A stretch of DNA of 64,000 bases from an uncultured Candidatus Saccharibacteria bacterium (GTDB lineage Bacteria; Patescibacteriota; Minisyncoccia; Phycocordibacterales; UBA9973), in assembly GCA_964468315.1 (NCBI GenBank), contig CAYXTA010000001.1, positions 64,277-128,276 of the forward strand, given 5' to 3'. Below the pieces are notes generated by a model. The model did not search any database. It had not been told where the DNA came from and was given only the letters and a program-made list of their open reading frames with translations. The position numbers were made by a program, and so were the translations under genes. Positions 25,982 to 35,329 of this stretch are shown piece after piece; within the stretch, counting starts at the first letter, position 1, and each line of letters begins with the position of its first letter.

Positions 25982-28408
25982 TTAGGAATTAGTTTCAAAA
26001 TCAATTCTCCTTTTTTCTTTATCTTGATCAGCTTCTTTCCTTGCTCTTTCGTCTGAAGATTTTAAAGATGGCAGAGATAGTTCTACAAATTTTCTTATAT
26101 TAGGGTTTGTGTCATCTTTGTATTTCTCTAATACCATCCATTGAGATTTATAAAAATCAGCAATACCATACTGCCCAGATACAACCCCTGTGTTGTGAAG
26201 CATGCCTCCTATTTTCTTTAGGATTTTTTCATTATTTGTGTAACTAGCTAGTTTTACTGCTAATTCTATGCCTATACCATTAAAATCATATATAAGACCG
26301 AGAGTACTTTGTATAACCTTGTCGGTAATTTTTTTTCCACCGGTTAATATTTCTAATATAGAATGTGGCGAAATTCCAAAATGTTCATTAAGTTTTGCTA
26401 GGTCGTATTTTCGTTTTGCCCCTTCTTTACTTTTTGATGCTTTTATTATCTCTGGAACAATTTTTAGGTAATCTTTGTGATTAATAACATGCTCTACAAG
26501 ATGATTATTCATATCGAATGGTATTGCATCATACCTATTGTTCCTATCAAAATAATCACTCATTGATTTATTTAATTTTGCTTCTTTTTTTATTCTCTCA
26601 ATAAAAATTCTAATAATGTCTACAGGATTCGAATATAGATTATCTAGTAAAGAATGAATATGCCAATCGATTACTGGAACTTCTATAATTTTACTTGCGA
26701 TAAATTTCTTATTTTTATCTGACCACTCACTAAAATCTATACCGCCTTCTTTACCTGAATAAATAGATAATATATTAAGATAGTTCTCCAAGAAATGTGG
26801 TTCACTTTTTAATTCTGCAACAATTAAATTCTCTATTTTTTTAGGATTAAGATTATAAAGAGCCCTGAGTGCATTTGTTGTGCTGTAATTTATGTTCCAT
26901 GAATGCTTTTTCTTTGCAAGAAAATTGAAATATTTTTTCCTATTGGTTAGGTTTGTAAGTAAAGTTAAATCTTCTTTTCTGAGAACAAGATCGGTAAATA
27001 TATCAGCATATATATGTAGAGATGCAGGAATACTCCCTATAAAATCAGGATCTTTTGTTTTGATTATAGAATCAACTCCTTTATGCCATATTTCATATTT
27101 TCGTGAAAGGCGAATACCTCTTAATAAGAAAGCTAAAAACATTTGATTAGAAAGTGGCTTCTTGTATTTGATTGCATCTTGAAGCACAGTCAATCCAATT
27201 TCTGGTTTATGAGTACCGAGTGTTTCAAGTAATAATTGGAGAGTTCTAAACTTCCATTCTCCAATAACATCGGTTTCTGTTGCAAATAAATTCAATTCAT
27301 CGGTGATCTTATTTATGTTTAAATTTGTAACATTCTTCACGTAATCAATAACATTTTCACGATTCTGTTTTTGCTGTTCACCAGAGCCAATTTCATATTT
27401 TATTGAATCATCGTGAACGAATCTACTGAATTTTTCATAGAGTGGGTCTTTTGTGATTTTGTCATACAACGGTTGAGCAATCTCATTTTGTTGCTTATGG
27501 AAGATAAAATGCCAAAACAGCAAATGCTCTATTTCCAAGCAGAAAGATAGAGATGCTTTGAGTTTTCCTTTTTTGTCGAACATTACCTTATCAAGTTCTG
27601 AGATTATATACTCGCGATTTGCTTGGATAATAAGTCCTATCGGACTAGTTCGTTCACTATTCATAGGAAACTGACATGCATGAGCGAGCAGTTGTACGAC
27701 AAGAGTCTTTGTTACATTCTTTTCGCTTTTCTTATATATTAAAAAAATAAAATCAATGATTTTCTGTCTTAAATCCTTTAAATTATCTGTACCATTAAGA
27801 TCTCCTTTTCTAAGAGTAATAGTGTCGGGTGCAGTTAAAATAGTTGCGTCAGCAGATGTTTCAAGCATTTTCTCAATCGTTATTTTAATTGGATTGAAAT
27901 TAGTTTCAAAATCATCTTTTAAGGCATGTTTTTTAATATATTTAAAGATAATATTTTGAGGATCAAGATTGACATGAGTTATTGCTTGATAGTTATACTC
28001 GGCTATCTCTTCAATTAACTTTAAAGTCGTACTTCTGACCGATAGATCTTTATGGCTAGCAAAATCAAAAGCAATTTTCACAGTCTTTTCTAGTTCGTAG
28101 TATCGAATGTTTTTTAGGAGCTCAAGTGTTTTAACTTGAACTTTTCGCCAATCTTCTCCCTTAAGACCGTGATGAAATTTTTGTGTTTTAATCCCTTTTT
28201 TCCTATAAAGAATTTCTACGCAGATTTCTATGACCACCTTAGGAACTCGGTAGAAAATAGCACTGAGATAATCCAAGGTATCAATAATCTCCTCATTTGT
28301 CTTATATTTAGGTACCTCTACTCTTTTAGATAGAGCAAAATTAAGCAAAAATTTATTTGCCGTATTATTGTTGAGGGAAGCTAATTTTGATAATTTTTGT
28401 TTATCCAT
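25982..28408 (-). CDS. Large (808 aa) alpha-helical hypothetical protein. No P-loop or other recognisable catalytic motif.
   Basis: Long ORF that overlaps the upstream gene by 8 nt and lies 3 nt from the downstream gene. Confidence 0.5.
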   Translation of the reverse strand: MDKQKLSKLASLNNNTANKFLLNFALSKRVEVPKYKTNEEIIDTLDYLSAIFYRVPKVVIEICVEILYRKKGIKTQKFHHGLKGEDWRKVQVKTLELLKNIRYYELEKTVKIAFDFASHKDLSVRSTTLKLIEEIAEYNYQAITHVNLDPQNIIFKYIKKHALKDDFETNFNPIKITIEKMLETSADATILTAPDTITLRKGDLNGTDNLKDLRQKIIDFIFLIYKKSEKNVTKTLVVQLLAHACQFPMNSERTSPIGLIIQANREYIISELDKVMFDKKGKLKASLSFCLEIEHLLFWHFIFHKQQNEIAQPLYDKITKDPLYEKFSRFVHDDSIKYEIGSGEQQKQNRENVIDYVKNVTNLNINKITDELNLFATETDVIGEWKFRTLQLLLETLGTHKPEIGLTVLQDAIKYKKPLSNQMFLAFLLRGIRLSRKYEIWHKGVDSIIKTKDPDFIGSIPASLHIYADIFTDLVLRKEDLTLLTNLTNRKKYFNFLAKKKHSWNINYSTTNALRALYNLNPKKIENLIVAELKSEPHFLENYLNILSIYSGKEGGIDFSEWSDKNKKFIASKIIEVPVIDWHIHSLLDNLYSNPVDIIRIFIERIKKEAKLNKSMSDYFDRNNRYDAIPFDMNNHLVEHVINHKDYLKIVPEIIKASKSKEGAKRKYDLAKLNEHFGISPHSILEILTGGKKITDKVIQSTLGLIYDFNGIGIELAVKLASYTNNEKILKKIGGMLHNTGVVSGQYGIADFYKSQWMVLEKYKDDTNPNIRKFVELSLPSLKSSDERARKEADQDKEKRRIDFETNS

Positions 28409-29264
28409 ATATATATTCTATACCTTTTCTATTAATTAACTCACTAAGCAGTCCTTGAGCAGCCTTACTGTCTGTGACTGACAATACGTCTCCAACTTTT
28501 GTCATAATACCACTTGAAACAAGTTTATTTGTATAAAATTCAAATTCCATAGAACTCAAGCATGACTTAGAAAGTATTGATTGTAATACAGGGTCATTGC
28601 TTACAAGAAAAGGTGAGTAAAAAAATATCAATGCTTCTAAATCTAATATTTTTTCTAGGTCTCCTTGTATGAGCTGAGATAAATTATTCTTGTATTCTAT
28701 AAGATCCTCTTTTTCTATTTTTGTTTCAGAGTTTGGGACTTCTGTTGCCAGAATGGATGGTATTTTTGTAAAAGCATTGAAAAGATCTTCAATGCTTGTA
28801 TCTCTGATAATTTTCTCGTCTTTAAAGTGAACTGTTTTTGATTGTAGATTGGTCGTTTCAATATCTTCTATTTGAAGTACGGTTTTGATGTAATCTAAGT
28901 CAATCATCTCCCAATAACAAATTTTGTTAGGAATATCTACAAAGAAGGCAAACACAGGGTTAGGACATTTTGAATAGTAGCGTAGATCTTCAATAGAGAA
29001 TTTATATTTTTTTTTACCTTTAGTATTTGTGCTTTTTAATTGATAATCTGTTCTTGCAATCTGATGTTCACCATATTTTTTAAAAGTTCTAGGACCAGAA
29101 CCACCTTGGTTAAAAAAATGAACCAATCCATCAGTTGAAGGGTTATTACCACCAATATGTTGTATATTGATTTCTTTTTGACCCAAGAAAAAACTTTTTA
29201 GAATAACCAAAGAATCTTCTTCTTGTGCATGAGTAGGACTCATCTGTTTCATTTTACCAAGCAT
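28401..29264 (-). CDS. Hypothetical protein, possibly a restriction-endonuclease-like (Mrr-cat/PD-(D/E)xK) fold.
   Basis: STDGLVHFF, then about 29 aa, then DYQLKST. This resembles the Mrr-type D...QxK arrangement, tentatively. It is the first gene of the operon, directly downstream of tRNA-Glu on the minus strand. Confidence 0.4.
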   Translation of the reverse strand: MLGKMKQMSPTHAQEEDSLVILKSFFLGQKEINIQHIGGNNPSTDGLVHFFNQGGSGPRTFKKYGEHQIARTDYQLKSTNTKGKKKYKFSIEDLRYYSKCPNPVFAFFVDIPNKICYWEMIDLDYIKTVLQIEDIETTNLQSKTVHFKDEKIIRDTSIEDLFNAFTKIPSILATEVPNSETKIEKEDLIEYKNNLSQLIQGDLEKILDLEALIFFYSPFLVSNDPVLQSILSKSCLSSMEFEFYTNKLVSSGIMTKVGDVLSVTDSKAAQGLLSELINRKGIEYIYG

Positions 29265-29374
29265 TGAACTATTTTAACATTTTTAGAATCATATTTCTTT
29301 CACATAGAATTATGTTAACGCCTTCTCGTGCGCCCGAGAACCATTATTTTGACCCATTTAGTGCTAGCTGTCAA

Positions 29375-29449
29375 TGGTGACTCTACAGGGAATCGAACCC
29401 TGATTTGATCCTTGAGAAGGACCCGTCCTAACCGTTAGACGATAGAGCC
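29375..29449 (-). tRNA. tRNA-Glu (anticodon CUC). CCA is encoded.
   Basis: Hand-folded cloverleaf of the reverse complement: GGCTCTA/TAGAGTC acceptor with one G.U, D arm GTCT..GGAC, anticodon stem GGTCC/GGATC with loop TTCTCAA, T arm CAGGG TTCGATT CCCTG, then ACCA. Confidence 0.7.
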
Positions 29450-29496
29450 ATTTTGTATGACTTTCAAAATATAGCATTTTTAGATAAAAAAATAAA

Positions 29497-29530
29497 CGCG
29501 TCGTCCTATATCGGACTTCGCGTTTATTTA
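29497..29530 (-). terminator. Terminator downstream of the minus-strand greA-like gene.
   Basis: AAATAAACGCG ... CGCGTTTATTT: an 11-bp perfect inverted repeat with A/T runs. Confidence 0.5.
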
Positions 29531-29542
29531 CTTTTGTTTCAA

Positions 29543-30115
29543 CTAAAAACAAATCATTGAATCTGCTTTTTCTGCAACAACAGGAACTTCTTCGGCAACA
29601 ATAGGGGCTTTTTTGAAAATCTTCTTTGCTTCACTAAATGGTTTAATTTCAAATATTTCATAGAAGTATTTTATACCACCACTAGCAAGATAAGTTCCTT
29701 TGTCACCAGCTTTTTTACCAAAAATTTCCTTACCGATTGGGGAATTTAAAGAAATGATCTTTGTGCAAGATCCGGTAGAGATACTTTCCAAAAATACCTC
29801 CTTTGTTTCACGACCATTAATGCTTAGTACGATACTATTTCCAATACTGATTGAATCAGTATCTTCTCCGGGTTCGTAAACTTTTAATTTTGATAAGTTC
29901 TGTTTGATTTGACGTTTTTCATTTTCAAGCTTTTCTTTGGTGGAAGAATGAATTTTTGCAAGTTCTATTGAGTCTTCTTTTGATCCTGTATTTGGATCTC
30001 TGAATATGCTCTCTAGTTCATTTTCAATTTCTGTTAATCTTTTCTGCCAAAATTTTGCTGTGCAAGATGTTACACGCAAAAGACATTCCGTTAATGTTAG
30101 AACATTTTTCTTCAT
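29543..30115 (-). CDS. Transcription elongation factor, GreA/GreB family.
   Basis: N-terminal coiled coil and a C-terminal FKBP-like domain (ISIGNSIVLSINGRETKEVFLESIS...SPIGKEIFGKKAGDKGTY). Confidence 0.6.
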   Translation of the reverse strand: MKKNVLTLTECLLRVTSCTAKFWQKRLTEIENELESIFRDPNTGSKEDSIELAKIHSSTKEKLENEKRQIKQNLSKLKVYEPGEDTDSISIGNSIVLSINGRETKEVFLESISTGSCTKIISLNSPIGKEIFGKKAGDKGTYLASGGIKYFYEIFEIKPFSEAKKIFKKAPIVAEEVPVVAEKADSMICF

Positions 30116-30196
30116 AAAGTTTGTTTTTTAGTTTTTTTATTTAAAGAATATTTCAAAAGTATTATATAGAATTAGACGATATTTGTCAATTTTATT

Positions 30197-31261
30197 TTAT
30201 TCTTCAGTATTTAGTTTTGGCTTATCTATTTCTAGAGTAGAAAGTTCTGGAGAAGATCCAGAAATACGCATTACGTCTTTGTCGATTTTTTTTAGTTCTT
30301 TATTTGATGAATTGTAATGATTTATAACAGTTGAAAGGGAATTGCCTAGCTTCATGTGATAGTCTTCATATGATTTTAAATGTGTACCAAGTTCTCCAAC
30401 TCTTTTTCTTATTTCTACAGCATCCTTTTCTATTTTGAGAGCATTTAAACCTTGGAGAACTGTCTGTAAATATGCGAGAAATGAAGTAGGAGAAACTATA
30501 ATAACTTTATATTTATTTGCAGCACGTTGTATAAGATTTTCATCTTCTCCTTTACCAACCCTTCCTATTAAAAGATCATAATAAATTGCTTCATGTGGTA
30601 TAAACATAAATGCAAATTCCATTGTATTTAACTCAGGGTGTATGTATTTTGAAGTTTCAACAATTCTATTTTTTAAATCATTTTCAAAAATTTTCTCTAA
30701 TCGATCTTTTTCTATTGGATTACGTTCATCGATGATACGATTATAATTTTCTAATGAGAATTTTGAATCAATAGGAATAATTTTTTCTTTTACGAATACA
30801 ACTGCATCTGGTATAAGTTCATCACCATTGTCATTTTTTCCTAATCTATATTGCATTTCAAAACTTCCTGGTGGCATAACATTTTTTAATAGTGTTTCTA
30901 GATAATATTCACCTAAAATCCCACGTTGTTTAGGGTTTTTTAAAATATTCTGTAAGCTTTCAAGTTGATCGGTAAAAGATATAACTTGTTTGTTTGTCTC
31001 ATCCAGACGAGTGAGTTTTTCTGTAACATCACGAATTATTTCATTTGATTGTGTGGAATGGAATTTCAAAGACTCGTTCATTTGTTTATGACTATCTCCG
31101 ATTTTCGCATCTACTGTGCGTGAAAGTTCGTTTATTTGAGTGAGCACTAGTTGCAAACCAACATCATTTTTCTCTGTGTTTTGATTTTTCCTACCAAATA
31201 TCAAATAAGCTATAAGTCCTCCACCAAATATTCCTATAAGTATCCAAATTAAATTTTGCAT
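30197..31261 (-). CDS. rmuC: DNA recombination protein RmuC.
   Basis: N-terminal TM and coiled coil. Conserved core IPDAVVFVKEKIIPIDSKFSLENY...FAFMFIPHEAIY. Confidence 0.75.
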   Translation of the reverse strand: MQNLIWILIGIFGGGLIAYLIFGRKNQNTEKNDVGLQLVLTQINELSRTVDAKIGDSHKQMNESLKFHSTQSNEIIRDVTEKLTRLDETNKQVISFTDQLESLQNILKNPKQRGILGEYYLETLLKNVMPPGSFEMQYRLGKNDNGDELIPDAVVFVKEKIIPIDSKFSLENYNRIIDERNPIEKDRLEKIFENDLKNRIVETSKYIHPELNTMEFAFMFIPHEAIYYDLLIGRVGKGEDENLIQRAANKYKVIIVSPTSFLAYLQTVLQGLNALKIEKDAVEIRKRVGELGTHLKSYEDYHMKLGNSLSTVINHYNSSNKELKKIDKDVMRISGSSPELSTLEIDKPKLNTEE

Positions 31262-31262
31262 A

Positions 31263-31988
31263 TTATTTTCCTAAAAAATGTTCTAATGTATAAATCCAAT
31301 CTTCTTCCATATTTTCACTCATTTTCTTTTGATTATAAAGCCATTCCAAATAACCTCGATCATTTTTGACTATATCTTCGATATTTTGTCCTGCATATTT
31401 ACCGAAATTTATTTTCCTTAAAATACTTGGATGAGAAGATATTTCAATCATTTTATTTATAGCTTCTTCTTTTGTACATTTATCTTCTTCTGTTATTTTG
31501 TTTTGTAATCTTTCAAAAAGTTTTTCTAGTACGAGTACATCACCCAATGCATCATGTGCTTGAGCTTCTATCTCTATTTCAAGTAAATATCTTAAATATT
31601 GTAAATTGTATTTTTCTATTTTTCCTTCAGGATCTAAATGTCTAGCTACACGAAGGGTACATATGAATTTCGTAGGTATTATGTCTTCTTTTGCAAGCAT
31701 AGTCATATCAAAAACTGCATTATGTGCTACAGCTACAGAATTTTGATCTTCAAAAAGAGATTTTAATTTTTCATAATTTTCACTTTCTTTAAAAGGTTTT
31801 TTATCAGCAACCATTTTGTTGCTTATGTGATGCACAGCAGAAGCTTCCGGAGGAATTTTTACATTAGGTTTGTATAATTCATTGAAAGTTTCATTTTCAG
31901 TTTTGTAAGCAATCTGACAAATTAAATCCTTGTCTGTATTTCCAGTTGTTTCTGTGTCGAAAAATATAATTTTATTTGTAGTATTCAT
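31263..31988 (-). CDS. DEDDh 3'-5' exonuclease (DnaQ/epsilon-like).
   Basis: Exo I FFDTETTG, Exo II AHNAVFDMTML, Exo III HDALGDV. Confidence 0.75.
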   Translation of the reverse strand: MNTTNKIIFFDTETTGNTDKDLICQIAYKTENETFNELYKPNVKIPPEASAVHHISNKMVADKKPFKESENYEKLKSLFEDQNSVAVAHNAVFDMTMLAKEDIIPTKFICTLRVARHLDPEGKIEKYNLQYLRYLLEIEIEAQAHDALGDVLVLEKLFERLQNKITEEDKCTKEEAINKMIEISSHPSILRKINFGKYAGQNIEDIVKNDRGYLEWLYNQKKMSENMEEDWIYTLEHFLGK

Positions 31989-32024
31989 AGTGGTATTTTA
32001 GCATATTTTTGCTATAATAAATAA

Positions 32025-32474
32025 ATGCTTCAAGCAAATATAAAAAATAGTATAAAAGACGCAATGATGGCTAAAGACGCTGTTCGTTTGGAAACATTAC
32101 GAGCTATGTCTTCAGCTTTTACTAATGAATTAGTTGCTAAAGGTAAGAAACCTCAAGATATCTTGTCTGATGAAGAAGTTATCGCCGTTATTACTCGTCT
32201 TGCGAAGCAAAGAAAAGATTCTATTGAACAATTTAAAAAAGGTGGAAGGGAAGATCTTGTTGCCGAAGAAGGAGCCCAGCTCGCTATATTGGAAACATAT
32301 TTACCACAACTTATGTCTCGTGAAGAAATAGAAACTATTGTAAAAACAAAAATCGCAGAAGCAGGAGAAATTGATAAAACAAAAAAAGGTATGTTTATGG
32401 CAGGAATTATGAAAGATTTGAAAGGTAAAGCCGACGGAGCCTTGGTCAAAGAAATAGTAGATGCATTATTTTAA
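32025..32474 (+). CDS. yqeY: GatB/YqeY-domain protein.
   Basis: 149 aa. IKDAMMAKDAVRLETLRAM...YLPQLMSREEIE is typical of YqeY. Confidence 0.7.
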   Translation: MLQANIKNSIKDAMMAKDAVRLETLRAMSSAFTNELVAKGKKPQDILSDEEVIAVITRLAKQRKDSIEQFKKGGREDLVAEEGAQLAILETYLPQLMSREEIETIVKTKIAEAGEIDKTKKGMFMAGIMKDLKGKADGALVKEIVDALF

Positions 32475-32477
32475 TAT

Positions 32478-33083
32478 ATGCATACCGTTAATTTTCTAAC
32501 GAAATTAGTCGAACATCATCAAGTATTTGCTTATGCAGTTATTTTTTTTGGTTTAATTATTGAAGGAGAATTCACTTTGATAGCAACAGGTGTACTCGCT
32601 CATCTAGGAGCTATAAATTTCTGGTTCGCATTATTTTTTGTTTTTTGTGGAGGAATTTGTAAAACATTTTTAGGATATTACATAGGGCGTGCTTTAAGTA
32701 ATAAATGGAAACATACAAAATTTTTAAAACATATAGAGAAAAAAGTTTTGACTATTATGCCTCGTTTTAATCACAAACCTTTTTGGTCAATATTTGTTTC
32801 TAAATTTATTATGGGAGTGAATCATATTGTGATAATTTTTGCTGGTTATGAAAAGATACCACTTAAGAGATATCTAAAAGCAGAAATTTCCTCTACAATT
32901 ATCTGGGCACCACTTTTACTTTCTTTAGGATTTTTCTTTAGTTATACTGCTCTTGGTGTTAGTAATGAAATATGGAGATTCTTACTTACTGTTTTGCTTT
33001 TGATTATCGGATTTATTATTTTTGATAGATTTATCGCTTTTATTTATGGTATTTTTGAAGAATTTTATGACAATGGAAAATAA
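32478..33083 (+). CDS. DedA/VTT-family membrane protein.
   Basis: About 200 aa, polytopic, with FGLIIEGEFTLIATGVL. Confidence 0.5.
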   Translation: MHTVNFLTKLVEHHQVFAYAVIFFGLIIEGEFTLIATGVLAHLGAINFWFALFFVFCGGICKTFLGYYIGRALSNKWKHTKFLKHIEKKVLTIMPRFNHKPFWSIFVSKFIMGVNHIVIIFAGYEKIPLKRYLKAEISSTIIWAPLLLSLGFFFSYTALGVSNEIWRFLLTVLLLIIGFIIFDRFIAFIYGIFEEFYDNGK

Positions 33084-33978
33084 AGAAAAGAAAATTTTAG
33101 CTACACATAATGGCACTTTTCATAGTGATGATATTTTTGCATGTGCAACATTATCGCTTTTTCTTGAAAAGAATAATCAGGAATTTGAAATAATTCGTAC
33201 TCGTGATGAAAACATAATAAATAGAGCTGATTATGTTTTTGATGTTGGTGGTGTATATGATAAAGAAAAAAATAGATTTGATCATCATCAAATAGGTGGA
33301 GCTGGTAAACATGATGATGGTATAGAATATGCTTCTTTTGGTTTAGTTTGGAATAAATTTGGTAGTGAAGTTTGTAATTCAGAAAAAATAGCCCAAAAAA
33401 TAAATTTGAAATTAGTAGAAGCTATTGACGCTCATGATAATGGTATAAGTTTAACAAAAAATAATTACGATATTTCATCTTACACGATACAAGATGTTTT
33501 TAACTCTATGCGTAAGACATGGAAAGAAGATGCAGATTTCAACAATGAAATGTTTTTTAAATGTGTATCTTTTGCAAAAGAAATTTTAAAAAGAGAAATA
33601 AAACAAATACAAGATTATTTATTGGCAGAAGAAAAAGTAAAAGAAATTTATGAAAAAACAAATGACAAAAGAATTATTGTTTTAGATGATAATTATCCTT
33701 TTGGTGAAGTTCTTTTTGATTTTCCAGAACCTATATATGTAGTAAGACCAAGAGATAATGATGATACTTGGGGTATAGATTGTATGAGAAAAGAAAAAAA
33801 GAGTTTTATGAACAGAAAAGATTTACCATTTTCTTGGTCTGGCCTTCGTGACGAAGAATTTCAAAAAGTTACAGGAGTTAGTGATGCTGTTTTTTGTCAT
33901 CGTGCACTTTTCTTAGCTGTTGCGAAGTCAAAAGAGGGGGCAATCAAGCTTGCACGATTAGCATTAGAGAATAACTAA
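33067..33978 (+). CDS. MYG1/UPF0160-family metal-dependent hydrolase.
   Basis: ILATHNGTFHSDDIFACATL near the N-terminus. ATG at 33067/33073 is preferred, since the track start at 33022 overlaps the dedA-like gene. Confidence 0.7.
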   Translation: MTMENKEKKILATHNGTFHSDDIFACATLSLFLEKNNQEFEIIRTRDENIINRADYVFDVGGVYDKEKNRFDHHQIGGAGKHDDGIEYASFGLVWNKFGSEVCNSEKIAQKINLKLVEAIDAHDNGISLTKNNYDISSYTIQDVFNSMRKTWKEDADFNNEMFFKCVSFAKEILKREIKQIQDYLLAEEKVKEIYEKTNDKRIIVLDDNYPFGEVLFDFPEPIYVVRPRDNDDTWGIDCMRKEKKSFMNRKDLPFSWSGLRDEEFQKVTGVSDAVFCHRALFLAVAKSKEGAIKLARLALENN

Positions 33979-34001
33979 ATTTTAGCGTATACTACACTTA
34001 T

Positions 34002-34991
34002 ATGGCATTTATAGACGAAATCAGAATACATGCGAAATCAGGCCAAGGGGGAAATGGCGTTGTACGTTGGCGTCAGGAGAAATTTATAGCAAAAGGAGGC
34101 CCTGCAGGAGGCGACGGTGGCCGTGGTGGTGATTTTTTTATACAAGCAGTTCGTGATGTACACATACTTGCGAAATACAAAGCAAAAAAACATTTCGAAG
34201 CTGAAAAAGGAGAAGATGGAGGAAGTAAAAGTCTACATGGAAAAAATGGTGAAGATTTTGTTTTAGATCTACCTATTGGTTCTGTTGTGACAAATGTTTT
34301 CACCGGTCAGAAATGGACTCTTCTTGAAGAAGGACAAAAAGAAATGTTACTTCATGGTGGACGTGGTGGTTATGGTAATGAACATTTTAAAAGTTCTACA
34401 AACACAACACCGAAAGATTGGCGCCCAGGACAAGAATGTGAAGAAGGGGAATTTACTATTGAACTCGAACTCTTTGCAGATATAGGTCTTGTTGGTTTAC
34501 CAAATGCTGGTAAATCAAGTTTACTTAATTCAATTACAAATGCTGATGCAAAAGTAGGTGATTATGCTTTTACCACACTCGATCCAAACCTGGGAGAATT
34601 TTATGGTTATATTATTGCTGATATTCCAGGAATTATTGAAGGTGCTTCAGAAGGGAAAGGACTCGGTGTTAAATTTTTGAAACATATAAAACGTACAAAA
34701 ATGATAGCTCATCTTGTGTCTTTTGAAAATGAAAACATGATGAAGACTTATAAAGAAATTCGTAAAGAATTGGAAAATTATGATAAGAAAAGTGGTCTTG
34801 AAGACGGACTCTCTTCAAAAAAAGAAATAATTATTCTTACAAAGACAGATGTTGTAGAAGATCAAAAACAAATAAATAAAATTTTGAAAGAATTTGAAAA
34901 ATTAGACAAAAAAGTTTTTGTCCTATCACTTTTCAACGACGAATCTGTAAAAGGATTTCGTGATGCACTTGTAAAGATTTTGAAGAAATAA
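34002..34991 (+). CDS. obg: GTPase Obg/CgtA.
   Basis: Gly-rich Obg fold (GGDGGRGGD, GGRGGYGN). G-motifs GLVGLPNAGKSS, DIPG, TKTD. Confidence 0.9.
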   Translation: MAFIDEIRIHAKSGQGGNGVVRWRQEKFIAKGGPAGGDGGRGGDFFIQAVRDVHILAKYKAKKHFEAEKGEDGGSKSLHGKNGEDFVLDLPIGSVVTNVFTGQKWTLLEEGQKEMLLHGGRGGYGNEHFKSSTNTTPKDWRPGQECEEGEFTIELELFADIGLVGLPNAGKSSLLNSITNADAKVGDYAFTTLDPNLGEFYGYIIADIPGIIEGASEGKGLGVKFLKHIKRTKMIAHLVSFENENMMKTYKEIRKELENYDKKSGLEDGLSSKKEIIILTKTDVVEDQKQINKILKEFEKLDKKVFVLSLFNDESVKGFRDALVKILKK

Positions 34992-35289
34992 AAAAGCCTA
35001 CTTTTTAGCAGGCTTTTTGTTTACTTTTTTAAATCTTTGTACGTTTTTGTTTCCTTGAAAGGTTTCATTTCTCCTTCTTCTCCTTTAGCTACTCTCATTA
35101 AAAGAATCGCCCAGATTATTGCTACAATCCCAATCAAGGTTTGATACATGATTGTTTTTTCTGATAAAAGCAAGAAACAACCAAAAAGTAAACAAAGTAA
35201 AATTCCGAAGTGTCTTCTTATATTTTCCATATATTTTGTAAATGTATATTTTGTATATAATACTCATTAAAATATATTTTGTCAATACT

Positions 35290-35318
35290 TTGTGAATAAA
35301 CCCTTATTTTGTTATAAT
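35290..35318 (+). promoter_or_regulatory. Sigma70-type promoter of gatB: TTGTGA, 17-nt spacer, TATAAT. The leader is very short (about 5 nt), so the mRNA is near-leaderless.
   Basis: -35 at 35290-35295 and -10 at 35313-35318; ATG at 35330. Three direct repeats of TATATTTTGT lie just upstream. Confidence 0.4.
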
Positions 35319-35329
35319 TTATAAACTTT

